In this document: piece by piece, positions 37,931 through 48,047 of the stretch
How the letters are laid out: each line of letters begins with the position of its first letter
Numbering within the stretch: the stretch's first letter is position 1
Assembly: GCA_038243585.1 (NCBI GenBank)
Contig: JBBSQY010000009.1
Span: 25,076-89,075, forward strand
Reading direction: 5' to 3'
DNA length: 64,000 nucleotides
From: Candidatus Sumerlaeales bacterium
Lineage (GTDB): Bacteria > Sumerlaeota > Sumerlaeia > Sumerlaeales > Sumerlaeaceae
The notes under the pieces: model-generated
Told to the model about the DNA's origin: nothing
Databases searched by the model: none
What the model saw: the letters and a program-made list of their open reading frames with translations, nothing else
Translations under genes and position numbers: made by a program

Positions 37931-39583
37931 TTATCCGCCCGTATTTCCTGATCCGCCGGACCCACGAGATCCGCCGCCGCCGGAACGTCGTCTACCACCA
38001 CCGCCGCCACCGCTTCTACGCGGACCGGAACTGCTACCACTTTTCCCATCGCGCGAGAAATCACCAGACTTTTCACGGGGTTTGGAGGGCTTCGGAGGAG
38101 GGGGCTTCGGTTTTTCACGAACTTCGCCCGGAGCCAGTACCGGCTCATGTAACGATGCGTGATAAAATTGATCCAGCAACATCGCGATAACGTCAACCTC
38201 TTCACTGTCTTCCGCCAGATGGCGGGCCAAGGGCACAAACCGCTTAATGCGTTCGCGGGTCAGAGTGTCAATGTCTCTAAGTTTTTGTTCAAGCAGCGCA
38301 GTCGTTCGCTCCGCAACCACAATTGCGACATCTTCCTCTGTCGGAATTTCCTTCTTTTCCATTTCAATTTCAAAGCGTTTGGAAACCCGATGGAGTTCTG
38401 CAAGCTCCTGAAAGCTGACAAGAGAGATGGCAGTGCCAGATGCCCCGGCTCGGCCGGTGCGGCCTGCGCGGTGAACATAGGATTCCAGGTCGTCCGGAAA
38501 CTCATACAGCAGAACGTGGGTCAGATGGCTGATATCCAGACCACGTGCCGCCACATCCGTCGCGACCAGGAACCGCAGATTCTTCTGACGAATCCGTTCC
38601 AGCACCCGCTCGCGGTCCTTCTGGCTCAGGTCTGCGGTCAGTTGATCCGCGTCGTACCCGAGGCGTTGCAGGATAGAGGTGACATAGGCAACCCTGTGCT
38701 TGGTGTTGCAAAAGATGATAGCTGAGCCGGGATTCTCCAGCTCGATAATACGCGCCAGCACCCGATCTTTATCCATGCCGGGCACTTCGTAATAAATATG
38801 ATCCATACCACTGATCGCAACGTTTCCGTGGCTGAGGCTAAGAAATGCCGGCTCTTTCAGAAACTCCTGGGCGAGGCCGCGCACGTTTGGCGGGAAAGTG
38901 GCAGAAAACATAAAACTGGCCCTGCGCGACGGCAGGTAACGGCGCACTGCCTGCATGTCCGGATAAAAGCCCATAGACATCATGCGGTCAGCCTCATCAA
39001 AGACCAGAAATTCCACATCGTCCAGATCCAAGGATTTACGCATCAGGTGATCAAGGATGCGTCCGGGGGTTCCCACTACCAGGTGAGCTCCCTCCTTAAA
39101 TGCCTCCATTTGTGCGCCGTAACCCACACCACCGTAAACGGCAACCGAGCGAATGCCGGCTTCTTTTCCAAGAATTTCTGCTTCGCGATGCACCTGTACC
39201 GCCAGCTCACGGGTAGGCACTAAAATAATGGCCTGGCAATAAGGATGAGTCGGATCAAGTTCTGCCATGACCGGCAATAGAAAGGCGCCCGTCTTGCCGC
39301 TGCCTGTGCGGGACTGCACCATCAGATCCCTGCGATCAATCATATACGGCATTGATTTAGCCTGAACAGGAGTAAGGCTGGTCCACCCCAGGCGCTTAGC
39401 GGCGGTCTGCACGGATTCAGGCAGATCTTCCAGCCGCGCTTCAGGCATGGCGTTTTCAGGTTCAACCACATTTTCAGGGTTTACCTGTGCATAAGGCGAA
39501 TGACTTACGTCTTCTACGACGCTTGCCTCAGTCGGTGTTTCTGGAGATGCTTCTTGTTCGTCTTGCGGATTAGTGTCGTTCAA
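37931..39583 (-). CDS. DEAD-box RNA helicase
   Basis: TGSGKT, PTRELA, DEAD, SAT, HRAGRTGR; G/S/R-rich tail. Confidence 0.95.
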   Translation of the reverse strand: MNDTNPQDEQEASPETPTEASVVEDVSHSPYAQVNPENVVEPENAMPEARLEDLPESVQTAAKRLGWTSLTPVQAKSMPYMIDRRDLMVQSRTGSGKTGAFLLPVMAELDPTHPYCQAIILVPTRELAVQVHREAEILGKEAGIRSVAVYGGVGYGAQMEAFKEGAHLVVGTPGRILDHLMRKSLDLDDVEFLVFDEADRMMSMGFYPDMQAVRRYLPSRRASFMFSATFPPNVRGLAQEFLKEPAFLSLSHGNVAISGMDHIYYEVPGMDKDRVLARIIELENPGSAIIFCNTKHRVAYVTSILQRLGYDADQLTADLSQKDRERVLERIRQKNLRFLVATDVAARGLDISHLTHVLLYEFPDDLESYVHRAGRTGRAGASGTAISLVSFQELAELHRVSKRFEIEMEKKEIPTEEDVAIVVAERTTALLEQKLRDIDTLTRERIKRFVPLARHLAEDSEEVDVIAMLLDQFYHASLHEPVLAPGEVREKPKPPPPKPSKPREKSGDFSRDGKSGSSSGPRRSGGGGGGRRRSGGGGSRGSGGSGNTGG

Positions 39584-39723
39584 GTTATCACCTTGTGGTT
39601 CAAATCACGGCGTTCGCGCGGCAAAACGAATTGCCCGCCACCCGTGCAGTAGCTCATTCTGACCAGAGTCATCCAGTACGAACATGGATTCCGGTCAATG
39701 ACTATATTTATCCACAAGGCATT

Positions 39724-40365
39724 GTGAACCAAAATTCTCTTTTTCTTATTCTGGCGGCCCCCGCGTGTGCGTGGCTTTCTGGTATGGGACTCTTTAAAAC
39801 CCTGTTCGCGATGATGAGCCTGCATAGGTGGATCCCCGGCGGAGAGTTTACAGGGACACTCGGGCACCTGTTTGAAATGGACTGGTTTCTTTACCTTTTA
39901 AGCACCCTTGCAGCCATCGAGGTTGTTGTCGACCTGGCCCCGAGATGGGACATTGCCTGGCACCGCTGGAACGGCCACCTTCGTATTTTCGGCGCAATGG
40001 CGCTGTCCTGGATGATTCTCGAAAATGAAGATGTATTCTCTCAATTTACAATGGCCATAGTTGGGGCATCATTGGCCATCACCAGTTATACGGCGACCAC
40101 TTCTGCAAGAAAAGCGGCCATACGGGGCGGAACCGGGGTCTTCGTTTCGCCAATTTCATCCATAACAGAAAACTGCATGATTGCCGCCACGCTGTTTCCG
40201 CTTACAAGGTTACCGCCCTTGACTCTGCTGATGATCGCATTTATGACCATGGCAGCAATGCTCATAATCGGTGTGGTGCGGCGCGAGGCGCGGGAGACGT
40301 TTCAGTGGATATTTACAGGGAAATGGGTTCGTCCGGAGATTACGGATACTTCTGGTAGAGCGTAA
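39724..40365 (+). CDS. DUF4126-like membrane protein (start uncertain)
   Basis: AWLSG...IE..VD..P..D..W pattern, several TM helices, S..E motif. Confidence 0.6.
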   Translation: MNQNSLFLILAAPACAWLSGMGLFKTLFAMMSLHRWIPGGEFTGTLGHLFEMDWFLYLLSTLAAIEVVVDLAPRWDIAWHRWNGHLRIFGAMALSWMILENEDVFSQFTMAIVGASLAITSYTATTSARKAAIRGGTGVFVSPISSITENCMIAATLFPLTRLPPLTLLMIAFMTMAAMLIIGVVRREARETFQWIFTGKWVRPEITDTSGRA

Positions 40366-40461
40366 TCGTGGCGTCAATTTTAACAAATTTAATTTAACGA
40401 CCTGACCCGAAAACTAACCAGGTATAACAGATTTCACTTCAGTAATCCGTGTTGCGAAAGC

Positions 40462-41577
40462 CTATAAATCAATATCCGCAAAGACTGGTAAGTGATCCGA
40501 AGGCTTGCTAAATCCTTTTCCTTCCAAGGCTATGGGTTTACAATAAATTTGTATGGAATCGGGCACGACTGCCGTGCGTAAGCGTGAACTTACCAGGATC
40601 TGATCAAACAGGATTGGCCCGGTATTTGTCGATCGGCCGCGGCCTTTGATGTTACGTTCCCGAGCGGTGGGAAACACATTATTGAGCAGCCCGGTCGAGC
40701 GGTCGATTCGATTGCTGTCCGCTCCCAGCGTAACCCTGTTCTGCTCCCACAAAGGCTGCGCCAGGTTTACCATAAACGATCCAACCGCCTCATTGTCTCC
40801 AGCCCCGGCTTCCGGATCACCAGACTCCAGAATGTTCAAGCTGACGTCGTCTGGCGCGTCATTAAAGTCGCCCATCAACACGATGTTTCGCCCTTTTAAT
40901 TCAGTGCGGAAGGCCTCAACCAGCACCTGCGCCGCTCCATTTCGACGCGGTTCGGTTTTCTCTCGTCCACCTACGCGGGCCTTCGCGTGAACATTTACCG
41001 CCGTAAAAGCGCTCGAGCCGTCGGGCGCCAGCACATTGATAAAAAGTGCATCCCGGCGATTAGGGAAAAACGACTCGTTCATTTTCCCCTCCGCCAAAAA
41101 GTTTTCATCGTCCGCGTCAAGGTCCTCCGCGATTCCGTCCAGTTTCCAGGGTCGTCGCACCGCAAACGCCAGATCCTGTTTGTCGCGGCTGTCATCATCA
41201 ATGACAATCAGCCAGTCTCCCTCCGGAAATACCTGCTGCATAGCAGCGCGATCGTCTACTTCCTGCACCGCCACAACGGTCGGCGAAATTTCGTCCACAA
41301 TTGTACGAAGCTTTTCAATCCGGTTTCCTGCGCCGGCGGCGTCCGCGGCCAGATACTTGATGTTATAGGTCATCACTCTTGCTACAGGAATATCGGTGGA
41401 CCCAGTGGGGAGATCAGCGTCTGGCCATTCGGCAACAGGTTTCCCATCGACGGAATACCTGAATTCACAGCCCGCAATAACTATTGAAATCACTCCGCTC
41501 GCCAGCCATGTAAATTTTCGTATTGAAGATCTGGACAGGTAGCGCCAAATTGAAAAAGTCATCGTCATACTCGGCAC
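40462..41577 (-). CDS. Endonuclease/exonuclease/phosphatase family protein, probable lipoprotein
   Basis: TYNI, VQEV, H.K, GDFN, FDQI, SDHLPV; lipobox IAG-C. Confidence 0.9.
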   Translation of the reverse strand: MPSMTMTFSIWRYLSRSSIRKFTWLASGVISIVIAGCEFRYSVDGKPVAEWPDADLPTGSTDIPVARVMTYNIKYLAADAAGAGNRIEKLRTIVDEISPTVVAVQEVDDRAAMQQVFPEGDWLIVIDDDSRDKQDLAFAVRRPWKLDGIAEDLDADDENFLAEGKMNESFFPNRRDALFINVLAPDGSSAFTAVNVHAKARVGGREKTEPRRNGAAQVLVEAFRTELKGRNIVLMGDFNDAPDDVSLNILESGDPEAGAGDNEAVGSFMVNLAQPLWEQNRVTLGADSNRIDRSTGLLNNVFPTARERNIKGRGRSTNTGPILFDQILVSSRLRTAVVPDSIQIYCKPIALEGKGFSKPSDHLPVFADIDL

Positions 41578-41865
41578 TGTGATTTACATTTGATGCAATG
41601 CAACAGTATTATCCTCAGTGGCGCGGTGAAATGGTTAAAGTTTAAACGAGCGAGACGCCTCTGCTAAAGCATACTAATCGATAAAGCGCGACGGCTGCAC
41701 CTTATTTTACTAATTAATTGCACCCGTACTGCAAGATTATGTTGTTTTACAATTGACTCTCTCTGCCTTAAAAGCTTCGGTTGTGGGTATTCGGCCCGTT
41801 TCCTGCTGTTTAACTAAGGCCACAAACACAATCACAACAAGGATTCGCGAGGAGATGCCACAGCT

Positions 41866-42150
41866 ATGATCAAAGCCGAAATAGTTAAACGTGTCGCAGA
41901 ACATTTGAAGATGCGCGACAAGGAGGCCCTTATCATCATTGATTCCATTATTGATTCGATGAAAAGAGTGGTCGCTGAGCAGGGTCGACTGGAAATCAGG
42001 GACTTCGGAGTTTTCCAAACCAAGACACGCAAAGAGCGAGTAGGACGTAATCCAAAAGATAAAAAGGAATACCCAATTCCATCGCGTCGGGTTGTGACAT
42101 TTAAGATGGGGCGCGAGCTAAAACAAAGCGGTGAGAACAACACGGACTAG
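41866..42150 (+). CDS. HU/IHF family DNA-binding protein
   Basis: MIKAEIV, EIRDFGVF, GRNPK, VTFK.G.EL; GAGGAG RBS. Confidence 0.93.
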   Translation: MIKAEIVKRVAEHLKMRDKEALIIIDSIIDSMKRVVAEQGRLEIRDFGVFQTKTRKERVGRNPKDKKEYPIPSRRVVTFKMGRELKQSGENNTD

Positions 42151-42169
42151 TAGCAGAATTTGCTACTAG
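42147..42169. terminator. Inverted repeat overlapping the HU/IHF stop codon
   Basis: CTAGTAGCA-GAATT-TGCTACTAG between convergent genes. Confidence 0.45.
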
Positions 42170-42231
42170 CATACAACACAAAAGAAATGAACACCTGCAT
42201 TGCTGAAAACCGATGATCCTTGGCGTGGGCG

Positions 42232-43365
42232 TTAACGACTTTCGGCTAAGATTTTCTGATAAACATTTAGCACCCCATTTACCATAGCATCATTAGTAAA
42301 CCGATCCATTACAGTTTTGCGCCCGGCCGATCGAAACTCATTTCGCTGAGCGCCATTTTCGATTAGTTTAAACAATTGATCAGCCAGGGCTCTGGGATTT
42401 TTCGGTGGCGCTAGTAATCCGTTTTCCCCATGTATTACAATTTCCGGTATTCCCCCGGTCCGGGTGGCGACTACCGGCACCCCGGCACTCATGGCGTCCA
42501 GAATGCTTGTGCAAAGCCCTTCCATATGTGAAGACATGACAAAGATGTCTGCCGCCGGATACAAGCTGGACAGATTGCTTATGTAGCCTGCGAATAGCAC
42601 CTCTTTCTCTAGTCCCAGTTTCAAGCTCAGCGCTTTTAGTTCTTCTTCCAATTCGCCGCTCCCGGCGATTATGAGGCGAAATGCCATGCCTTCCCGCTTT
42701 AGCAGGGCCGCGGCTTGAAGAAGTGTTGCCTGATCTTTGTGATCCGTCAGCGCTGCGGCGTTTACCAGTAGCGGAACGCCCGGCCCGGCTCCCCAGCCGC
42801 GGGCCAGTTCTTCGTCTCGCGTCTGACCGCGTATGGGAAAGCGATCGGGATCAACGCCGCTGTAGACCACGTGTATCTTCGAAGGGTTGATATCGCTCTC
42901 GATCAGCACATCTTTTATCGCATGAGAAATGGCGATGTAACGCACCGCAGGATGCAGATATTTTCGCCGGGAAAACCAGTTGCTCCCGACACGAAAATCC
43001 ACCCGGCGCGACACGACCAGCGGAAGATTTAACTTTCGGGCGGCTCGCAGGGCCAGGGTGTGGGCGTGGCTGGTTTGTGCGTGGATCAGGTCCGCGTTTA
43101 TCTCCCGGGCAGCGCGGGCGATCAGGCGCGATGCCGCGATATCCCATTCTCCCCACCGTACCGGCATGGGCGCGCCGATGCCGGCAGCCTCCCTGTCGGC
43201 CAGCAATCGAGCGCCGAGGGGAGACAATACTTTCACCACGTGGCCGCGCCGGACAAGACCGTCAGTTACCAGTTTAACCTGCTGCTCGCCGCCGCGCCAG
43301 CCGGTCTCCGTGCTCACGTGGAGGATTGATAATGGGGCGCCAGTCACGCGGAAAATGGAGCCCAT
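42232..43365 (-). CDS. GT4 family glycosyltransferase
   Basis: WRGGEQQ, HKDQ, EGLCTSILDAM. Confidence 0.92.
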   Translation of the reverse strand: MGSIFRVTGAPLSILHVSTETGWRGGEQQVKLVTDGLVRRGHVVKVLSPLGARLLADREAAGIGAPMPVRWGEWDIAASRLIARAAREINADLIHAQTSHAHTLALRAARKLNLPLVVSRRVDFRVGSNWFSRRKYLHPAVRYIAISHAIKDVLIESDINPSKIHVVYSGVDPDRFPIRGQTRDEELARGWGAGPGVPLLVNAAALTDHKDQATLLQAAALLKREGMAFRLIIAGSGELEEELKALSLKLGLEKEVLFAGYISNLSSLYPAADIFVMSSHMEGLCTSILDAMSAGVPVVATRTGGIPEIVIHGENGLLAPPKNPRALADQLFKLIENGAQRNEFRSAGRKTVMDRFTNDAMVNGVLNVYQKILAESR

Positions 43366-44477
43366 CTGCCGGATTCACCGATTATTTTAAGGGCTGCCTG
43401 GGCCACTTCATATCCATCTATATTGTCCATGCACGGGTGGTTAATGGGGCATGTTTCCAGGAAACAGGGAGAACAGGGGACAGGGTGGTTCACCAGCGCA
43501 TAAGCAGCTTCCCAGGGACGGGTGCTGACCCGGTCTGTCGGTCCGAATATGGCGACGGTCGGCACCTGGCGGGCGGCCGCCACATGCATGGGGCCGCTGT
43601 CATTGGTTATCAAAACGGAAAGCCTGCTGATAAGTGCCGGTAATTCCCTCAGAGATACCTTTTCACCCAGCCTATGGATCGGCACCTTTGTCGCCGTCTC
43701 CACTTCATCGTTCAGGTGCTTTTCATTGGGGGCGGCCGTGCTGACAAACGCCCAGTCAGAGCGGTACAACCCGTCGACAACATGTCCCAAACGGGTAGCG
43801 GACCAGCGTTTTGCAGGACCATGAGCAGCGCCCGGATTGATGCCGATCAGTAGCTTCCCCATGATGCCTGCCTCGCGAAGCAGCGTAGCCACTTTGCGTT
43901 CCGCTTCGCTGTTGAGAGGCAGTACCAGTTTGTAGTTTGTCAGCGGCTGGCTGATATCTGAAGCGCCGACTGCGGCAATAGTCGCGTGAGCGATGTCCAG
44001 GTAATACTCAACCATGTGCCTGGGAAGGCCCGGCTGCGGAGTTCCTTTAATGCTGCGCCTGCTCAGAGGCTGCGGCGTGGGAGAAGTCCATTGCAAAGGT
44101 TGATACGGAAGCTTGTCGGTCAGGAGAATGCCACGGCTCTCCCGGTCAAAGCCAATACGCCGGGGAATGCCCAGGCGAAACGCCATCCACGCGCTGCCCA
44201 GAGAGTTGGTCATAAGGGCAATCGCATCATATTTTGTGTGACGAATTTGCACCCTAATATCCGACGGCATCTTTTTATCTGTGGCTGCAATTACAGTGGT
44301 GATGTGGGGGTTGTCCTGTAGGATTCCCGCGACGGAAGGCCTGCAAAGCACGTCGATGGTCGCATCCGGAAAAGCCGCCCGCAGAAGCGCCAGAGCAGGG
44401 GTAGCCATTACGCAATCGCCTACCCAGTTCGGCATTTTGACAAGAATACGGGTCACTGCTTTTGCTGCCGTTCCCAC
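43344..44477 (-). CDS. waaF: LPS heptosyltransferase II (GT9)
   Basis: PNWVGD.VM, INPGAA.GPAKRW, NDSGPMHVAAA. Confidence 0.85.
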   Translation of the reverse strand: MGTAAKAVTRILVKMPNWVGDCVMATPALALLRAAFPDATIDVLCRPSVAGILQDNPHITTVIAATDKKMPSDIRVQIRHTKYDAIALMTNSLGSAWMAFRLGIPRRIGFDRESRGILLTDKLPYQPLQWTSPTPQPLSRRSIKGTPQPGLPRHMVEYYLDIAHATIAAVGASDISQPLTNYKLVLPLNSEAERKVATLLREAGIMGKLLIGINPGAAHGPAKRWSATRLGHVVDGLYRSDWAFVSTAAPNEKHLNDEVETATKVPIHRLGEKVSLRELPALISRLSVLITNDSGPMHVAAARQVPTVAIFGPTDRVSTRPWEAAYALVNHPVPCSPCFLETCPINHPCMDNIDGYEVAQAALKIIGESGRWAPFSA

Positions 44478-45217
44478 AGCTTTGCATATTTCAGAAAAAC
44501 GCTAAAAGCAGCCAGCATGCAGACGACAAGTCCAGCGCGGCCATCCAGAATTCCCAGTCGCATAATATACTGTTTAAAGAACCGCCACAGGGGGCGTCCC
44601 AGCAGATGGACAGCGCTGACTCGCGGGGTTTTTCGGGCGCGATCTCCAGCTGCCCAAGTGGTATAGCGGTCAAACTTTTTCATATATTGGGCAAAGCTGT
44701 CGAACGTGTAATGAGGCATACGGCTGCGGGCGATGCGAACACCGCCGCCGCCTTCCACGATGGCGTCGGCGTGTACTTCCCGGTCGAGATACCGGGTCTT
44801 GTCGCGGGGGAAAACTCTTAGAACGCTGTCGTCCTGCCACCCGCAATAGCGGATGCGTTTGCCCATAAAAAAGTTCGCCCGGTAAATCCGCATGGAGGAA
44901 TCGGTGCCAGGGTCCGCCAGAAAAGCCTCGATTTCTGAGCGAAGTTCAGGAGTAATTCGTTCGTCCGCATCCAGGACCATTACCCATTCGTGAGCAGCTT
45001 GCGGAATGGACCAGTTCTTTTGAGTGGCGCTGTTTACATACTCGTGCTGCAGCAGCCGTGCACCCATGTCTTCCGCGATCGTGTGCGTGGCGTCGGTGCT
45101 GTGAGAATCCACTACGAGCACTTCATCCGCCCACGCGGCGCTCGTTATGGCGTCGCGGATGTTGCGCTCCTCATTAAAGGTTGGGATAAGAATTGTGAGC
45201 TTTGGTTGGATGAGCAA
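44453..45217 (-). CDS. GT2 glycosyltransferase (WaaE/KdtX-like)
   Basis: NEE.NI, VDS.STD.T, LDADE, VH, GILDG..G; TTG start after AAGGA. Confidence 0.88.
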   Translation of the reverse strand: MLIQPKLTILIPTFNEERNIRDAITSAAWADEVLVVDSHSTDATHTIAEDMGARLLQHEYVNSATQKNWSIPQAAHEWVMVLDADERITPELRSEIEAFLADPGTDSSMRIYRANFFMGKRIRYCGWQDDSVLRVFPRDKTRYLDREVHADAIVEGGGGVRIARSRMPHYTFDSFAQYMKKFDRYTTWAAGDRARKTPRVSAVHLLGRPLWRFFKQYIMRLGILDGRAGLVVCMLAAFSVFLKYAKLWERQQKQ

Positions 45218-45224
45218 TTTCCTT

Positions 45225-47063
45225 CTAGTACGCGGTCTGTTCAAAACGAAGGAAACGCACGACGAGCATACTGGCAAGGGTAACTATCCATAGCCCAAGA
45301 GATCCGATGGCGACCCATTCGCCATATTGTACGCTAATGGTTTTGCCGCCGTCCGGGTGCAGTACAATTTCCTGCGAAATTGCGCCGCTCTGTCCGTAGG
45401 GTAGCGGCTCGCGATACTCGCCCTTCGCATCAATAAACGCGCTGACGCCGGTATTAGCACTACGCACTACGGGCATTCGAGTTTCAATCGCGCGAAACTG
45501 GGAATGCACAAAGTGTTGTTTGGGGCCGGCAGAGACCAGGTAATGAATCCCCGGAAACTCGAAAAGTGAGCCCCAGAGCCCTTCGCGGTCAATGGCATAC
45601 TGCGGATCATACCAGCTATCGTTTGTCAGTACGCAGATGAACTGGGCTCCGGCTCGGGCCAAATGCCGGGTCAGATGATTGAAGGTGGATTCAAAACAAA
45701 TAACGGCACCAAATTTGGCTCCGTCCACTTCGAATATCGTATTTTCGAGGCCCGGCATAAACGCGCCCGCTATGCCGGCAACTTCCATATGATTGCGCAG
45801 CCAGGCGAAGCCAGCGACAAACGGAACCGTTTCTCCAAAAGGCACGAGCTGCATCTTGTTGTAAACGCGTGCCTCCAGGCCGTTCTCCGGAGACACCTGC
45901 CAAGCCGCGTTAGTAACGGCCATTGCCTTGGCAGTTTCAGCTGGCGTGGTCACATTGTCGATAGGGCGGGCTGGGGGAGCCGCGAGAGGCCAAATGGTGG
46001 GCTTATCGTCAGGCGACAGAAACCGTTGCCCGCCGGCGGCTGCTTCATCATAAAGCCGGCGATCGATCCGGTTGTCCGCACCAAAAAAAAGGTCGGCGTT
46101 GATCCGGCGCGAGAGACTGGTTAGCTCCTCATGAAGCGCGGTCTCGTAAGGAAAATATCCTGACAAAAAAACGGATTCCGGCAACACCACAAGGTCGACC
46201 TTGTCTTTTGTTGCGGCCTTGTCAATCAGGCTGCCCAAAGTCTCTTGCATCAGAATGTCGGTTTCCCGGTAGCGCTGCTGATAAGCCGCATCCGTATCCC
46301 CCGGCAATCCCATCATGGCGTTCCATTTTGTGACCTGGGATATGCCTGGTTGAATGATGGCCACCTTTAAGGTTTGCCCCTGGTAATCATCGTCCAGATT
46401 GAACTCCCCTAACCAGAAAGTTACAATGATTCCGAAAAGGACCGGCAGAAGGATGGGCTTAAACCCACTGCCGAAGCCGGCTCGGCGGGAGAACCACTGA
46501 ACGAGGCCGACGGCAAGAGCGGCATTAATCAAAGCTACCAAAAACGAAATCAGGTAAACGCCGCCAGTAGAGGCAAGTCCCATGTGAATTTTGTTTATCG
46601 GGGCCTGGCTGTGACCCAGCAGGTTCCATGGAAACGCCATGTCGCTAAAGCCGCGCAGATACTCTACGGCGGTCCAGCAGGCCGCAATCGCCCAGGGACG
46701 GGCGGCGGGGGAGAGGTTCCTGCAGCACCAGGCCGCCGGAAAGGCAAATAGCAGAAAGAAGAGGGCACAATAAACAGCGCCGGCGACAACACCTAGCGGA
46801 ATGATCCAGTGGAAAACAACGATGGTATGCAGCCAGAACAGGCTCAGATAGTACCAGGTAAACCCAAAAAGCAGTGTGCCCCATGCCAGGGTTTTTCCCT
46901 CGATGTGGTGAATCGCGACAAACAAAGGAACCAGGGCCACCCATGCGAGGAGACCCAGCGCATCATGGTTAAAAAGCAGCGCGCCGAACAGCCCTGAGAT
47001 AAAGCAAAGCAGAATCGCCGAGCGCGCTCGGATGGGTGAATCCTGTTGCGGAGCCGAACTCAA
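45225..47063 (-). CDS. lnt: Apolipoprotein N-acyltransferase
   Basis: TM domain with FPW; triad LPES, YNK.QLVPFGE, ICFES; TNDSWY; RAIE...RSANTG. Confidence 0.95.
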   Translation of the reverse strand: MSSAPQQDSPIRARSAILLCFISGLFGALLFNHDALGLLAWVALVPLFVAIHHIEGKTLAWGTLLFGFTWYYLSLFWLHTIVVFHWIIPLGVVAGAVYCALFFLLFAFPAAWCCRNLSPAARPWAIAACWTAVEYLRGFSDMAFPWNLLGHSQAPINKIHMGLASTGGVYLISFLVALINAALAVGLVQWFSRRAGFGSGFKPILLPVLFGIIVTFWLGEFNLDDDYQGQTLKVAIIQPGISQVTKWNAMMGLPGDTDAAYQQRYRETDILMQETLGSLIDKAATKDKVDLVVLPESVFLSGYFPYETALHEELTSLSRRINADLFFGADNRIDRRLYDEAAAGGQRFLSPDDKPTIWPLAAPPARPIDNVTTPAETAKAMAVTNAAWQVSPENGLEARVYNKMQLVPFGETVPFVAGFAWLRNHMEVAGIAGAFMPGLENTIFEVDGAKFGAVICFESTFNHLTRHLARAGAQFICVLTNDSWYDPQYAIDREGLWGSLFEFPGIHYLVSAGPKQHFVHSQFRAIETRMPVVRSANTGVSAFIDAKGEYREPLPYGQSGAISQEIVLHPDGGKTISVQYGEWVAIGSLGLWIVTLASMLVVRFLRFEQTAY

Positions 47064-47971
47064 TCGGTGAAAGCCCCGCCAGCGGGACCCTCAATCTGAA
47101 GCCGGGCGCAATCGACCGTATTGCGCATCAGCATGGCGATAGTCATCGGTCCGACGCCGCCAGGCACCGGCGTAATGGCACCAGCGACTTCCACCGCGGA
47201 ATCAAAATCCACATCTCCCACAAGGCGAGTCCCGGATTTTGCGGTGGGATCATCGATGCGGTTGATGCCTACATCAATCACCGTCGCCCCCGGCTTCAGC
47301 CAGTCGCCTTTGACGAATCGTGGGACGCCCAGTGCCGCCACTACAATGTCCGCCTGGCGCACGATGGAGGGCAAATCTTTTGATCGGCTATGGCAAACGC
47401 ATACGGTAGCGTCGCCGCCTCGACCCTTGCGCATGAGCAGCTGCGCTATGGGTTTTCCGACAATATTGCTGCGGCCAAGCACTACGGCCAGGGCACCATT
47501 TGTCTCAATGTTTTCGTGAAGCAGCATCTGGCGGATTCCCGCCGGGGTGCATGGAACAGGCGCGGGAATGCCGATGCTAAGATTGCCCACGTTAATGGGA
47601 TGAAAGCCGTCCACGTCTTTATCCGGACGAATTCGCAGCAGCAGTGCGTCTTCATTCAAGTGCCTGGGAACCGGGAGCTGGAGCAGGATTCCGTGAACGC
47701 GCGAGTCGTTGTTTAGGCGATCCAGTTCCGCTTCCAGGTCTTGCTGGCTTACGGTATCCGGCAGCTCGCGAATCTCGCTGTACCAGCCCAGTTCCTGGCA
47801 GGCCTTGTGTTTGTTACGCACATAAACCTGGCTGGCGGCGTTGCTGCCGACAATGACGACTACCAGACCCGGCGTAACGCCAGTGCGGTCGGTGAATTCT
47901 TTGCCCAGTTGGGCGGCCTGTGCCCGAACGGCAACGGCGATGGCTTTTCCGTCTATCAGTTTAGCGGTCAT
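47060..47971 (-). CDS. folD: Methylenetetrahydrofolate dehydrogenase/cyclohydrolase
   Basis: YVRNK, KDVDGFHP, GRSNIVGKP, PVPGGVGPMT. Confidence 0.98.
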   Translation of the reverse strand: MTAKLIDGKAIAVAVRAQAAQLGKEFTDRTGVTPGLVVVIVGSNAASQVYVRNKHKACQELGWYSEIRELPDTVSQQDLEAELDRLNNDSRVHGILLQLPVPRHLNEDALLLRIRPDKDVDGFHPINVGNLSIGIPAPVPCTPAGIRQMLLHENIETNGALAVVLGRSNIVGKPIAQLLMRKGRGGDATVCVCHSRSKDLPSIVRQADIVVAALGVPRFVKGDWLKPGATVIDVGINRIDDPTAKSGTRLVGDVDFDSAVEVAGAITPVPGGVGPMTIAMLMRNTVDCARLQIEGPAGGAFTD

Positions 47972-48047
47972 ATCACATCACGATACGGATTTAAAGGCCG
48001 AGTATTCCGGCGGTGATATTCACAGGAGGCGCCTATGAGCGCTTCAG

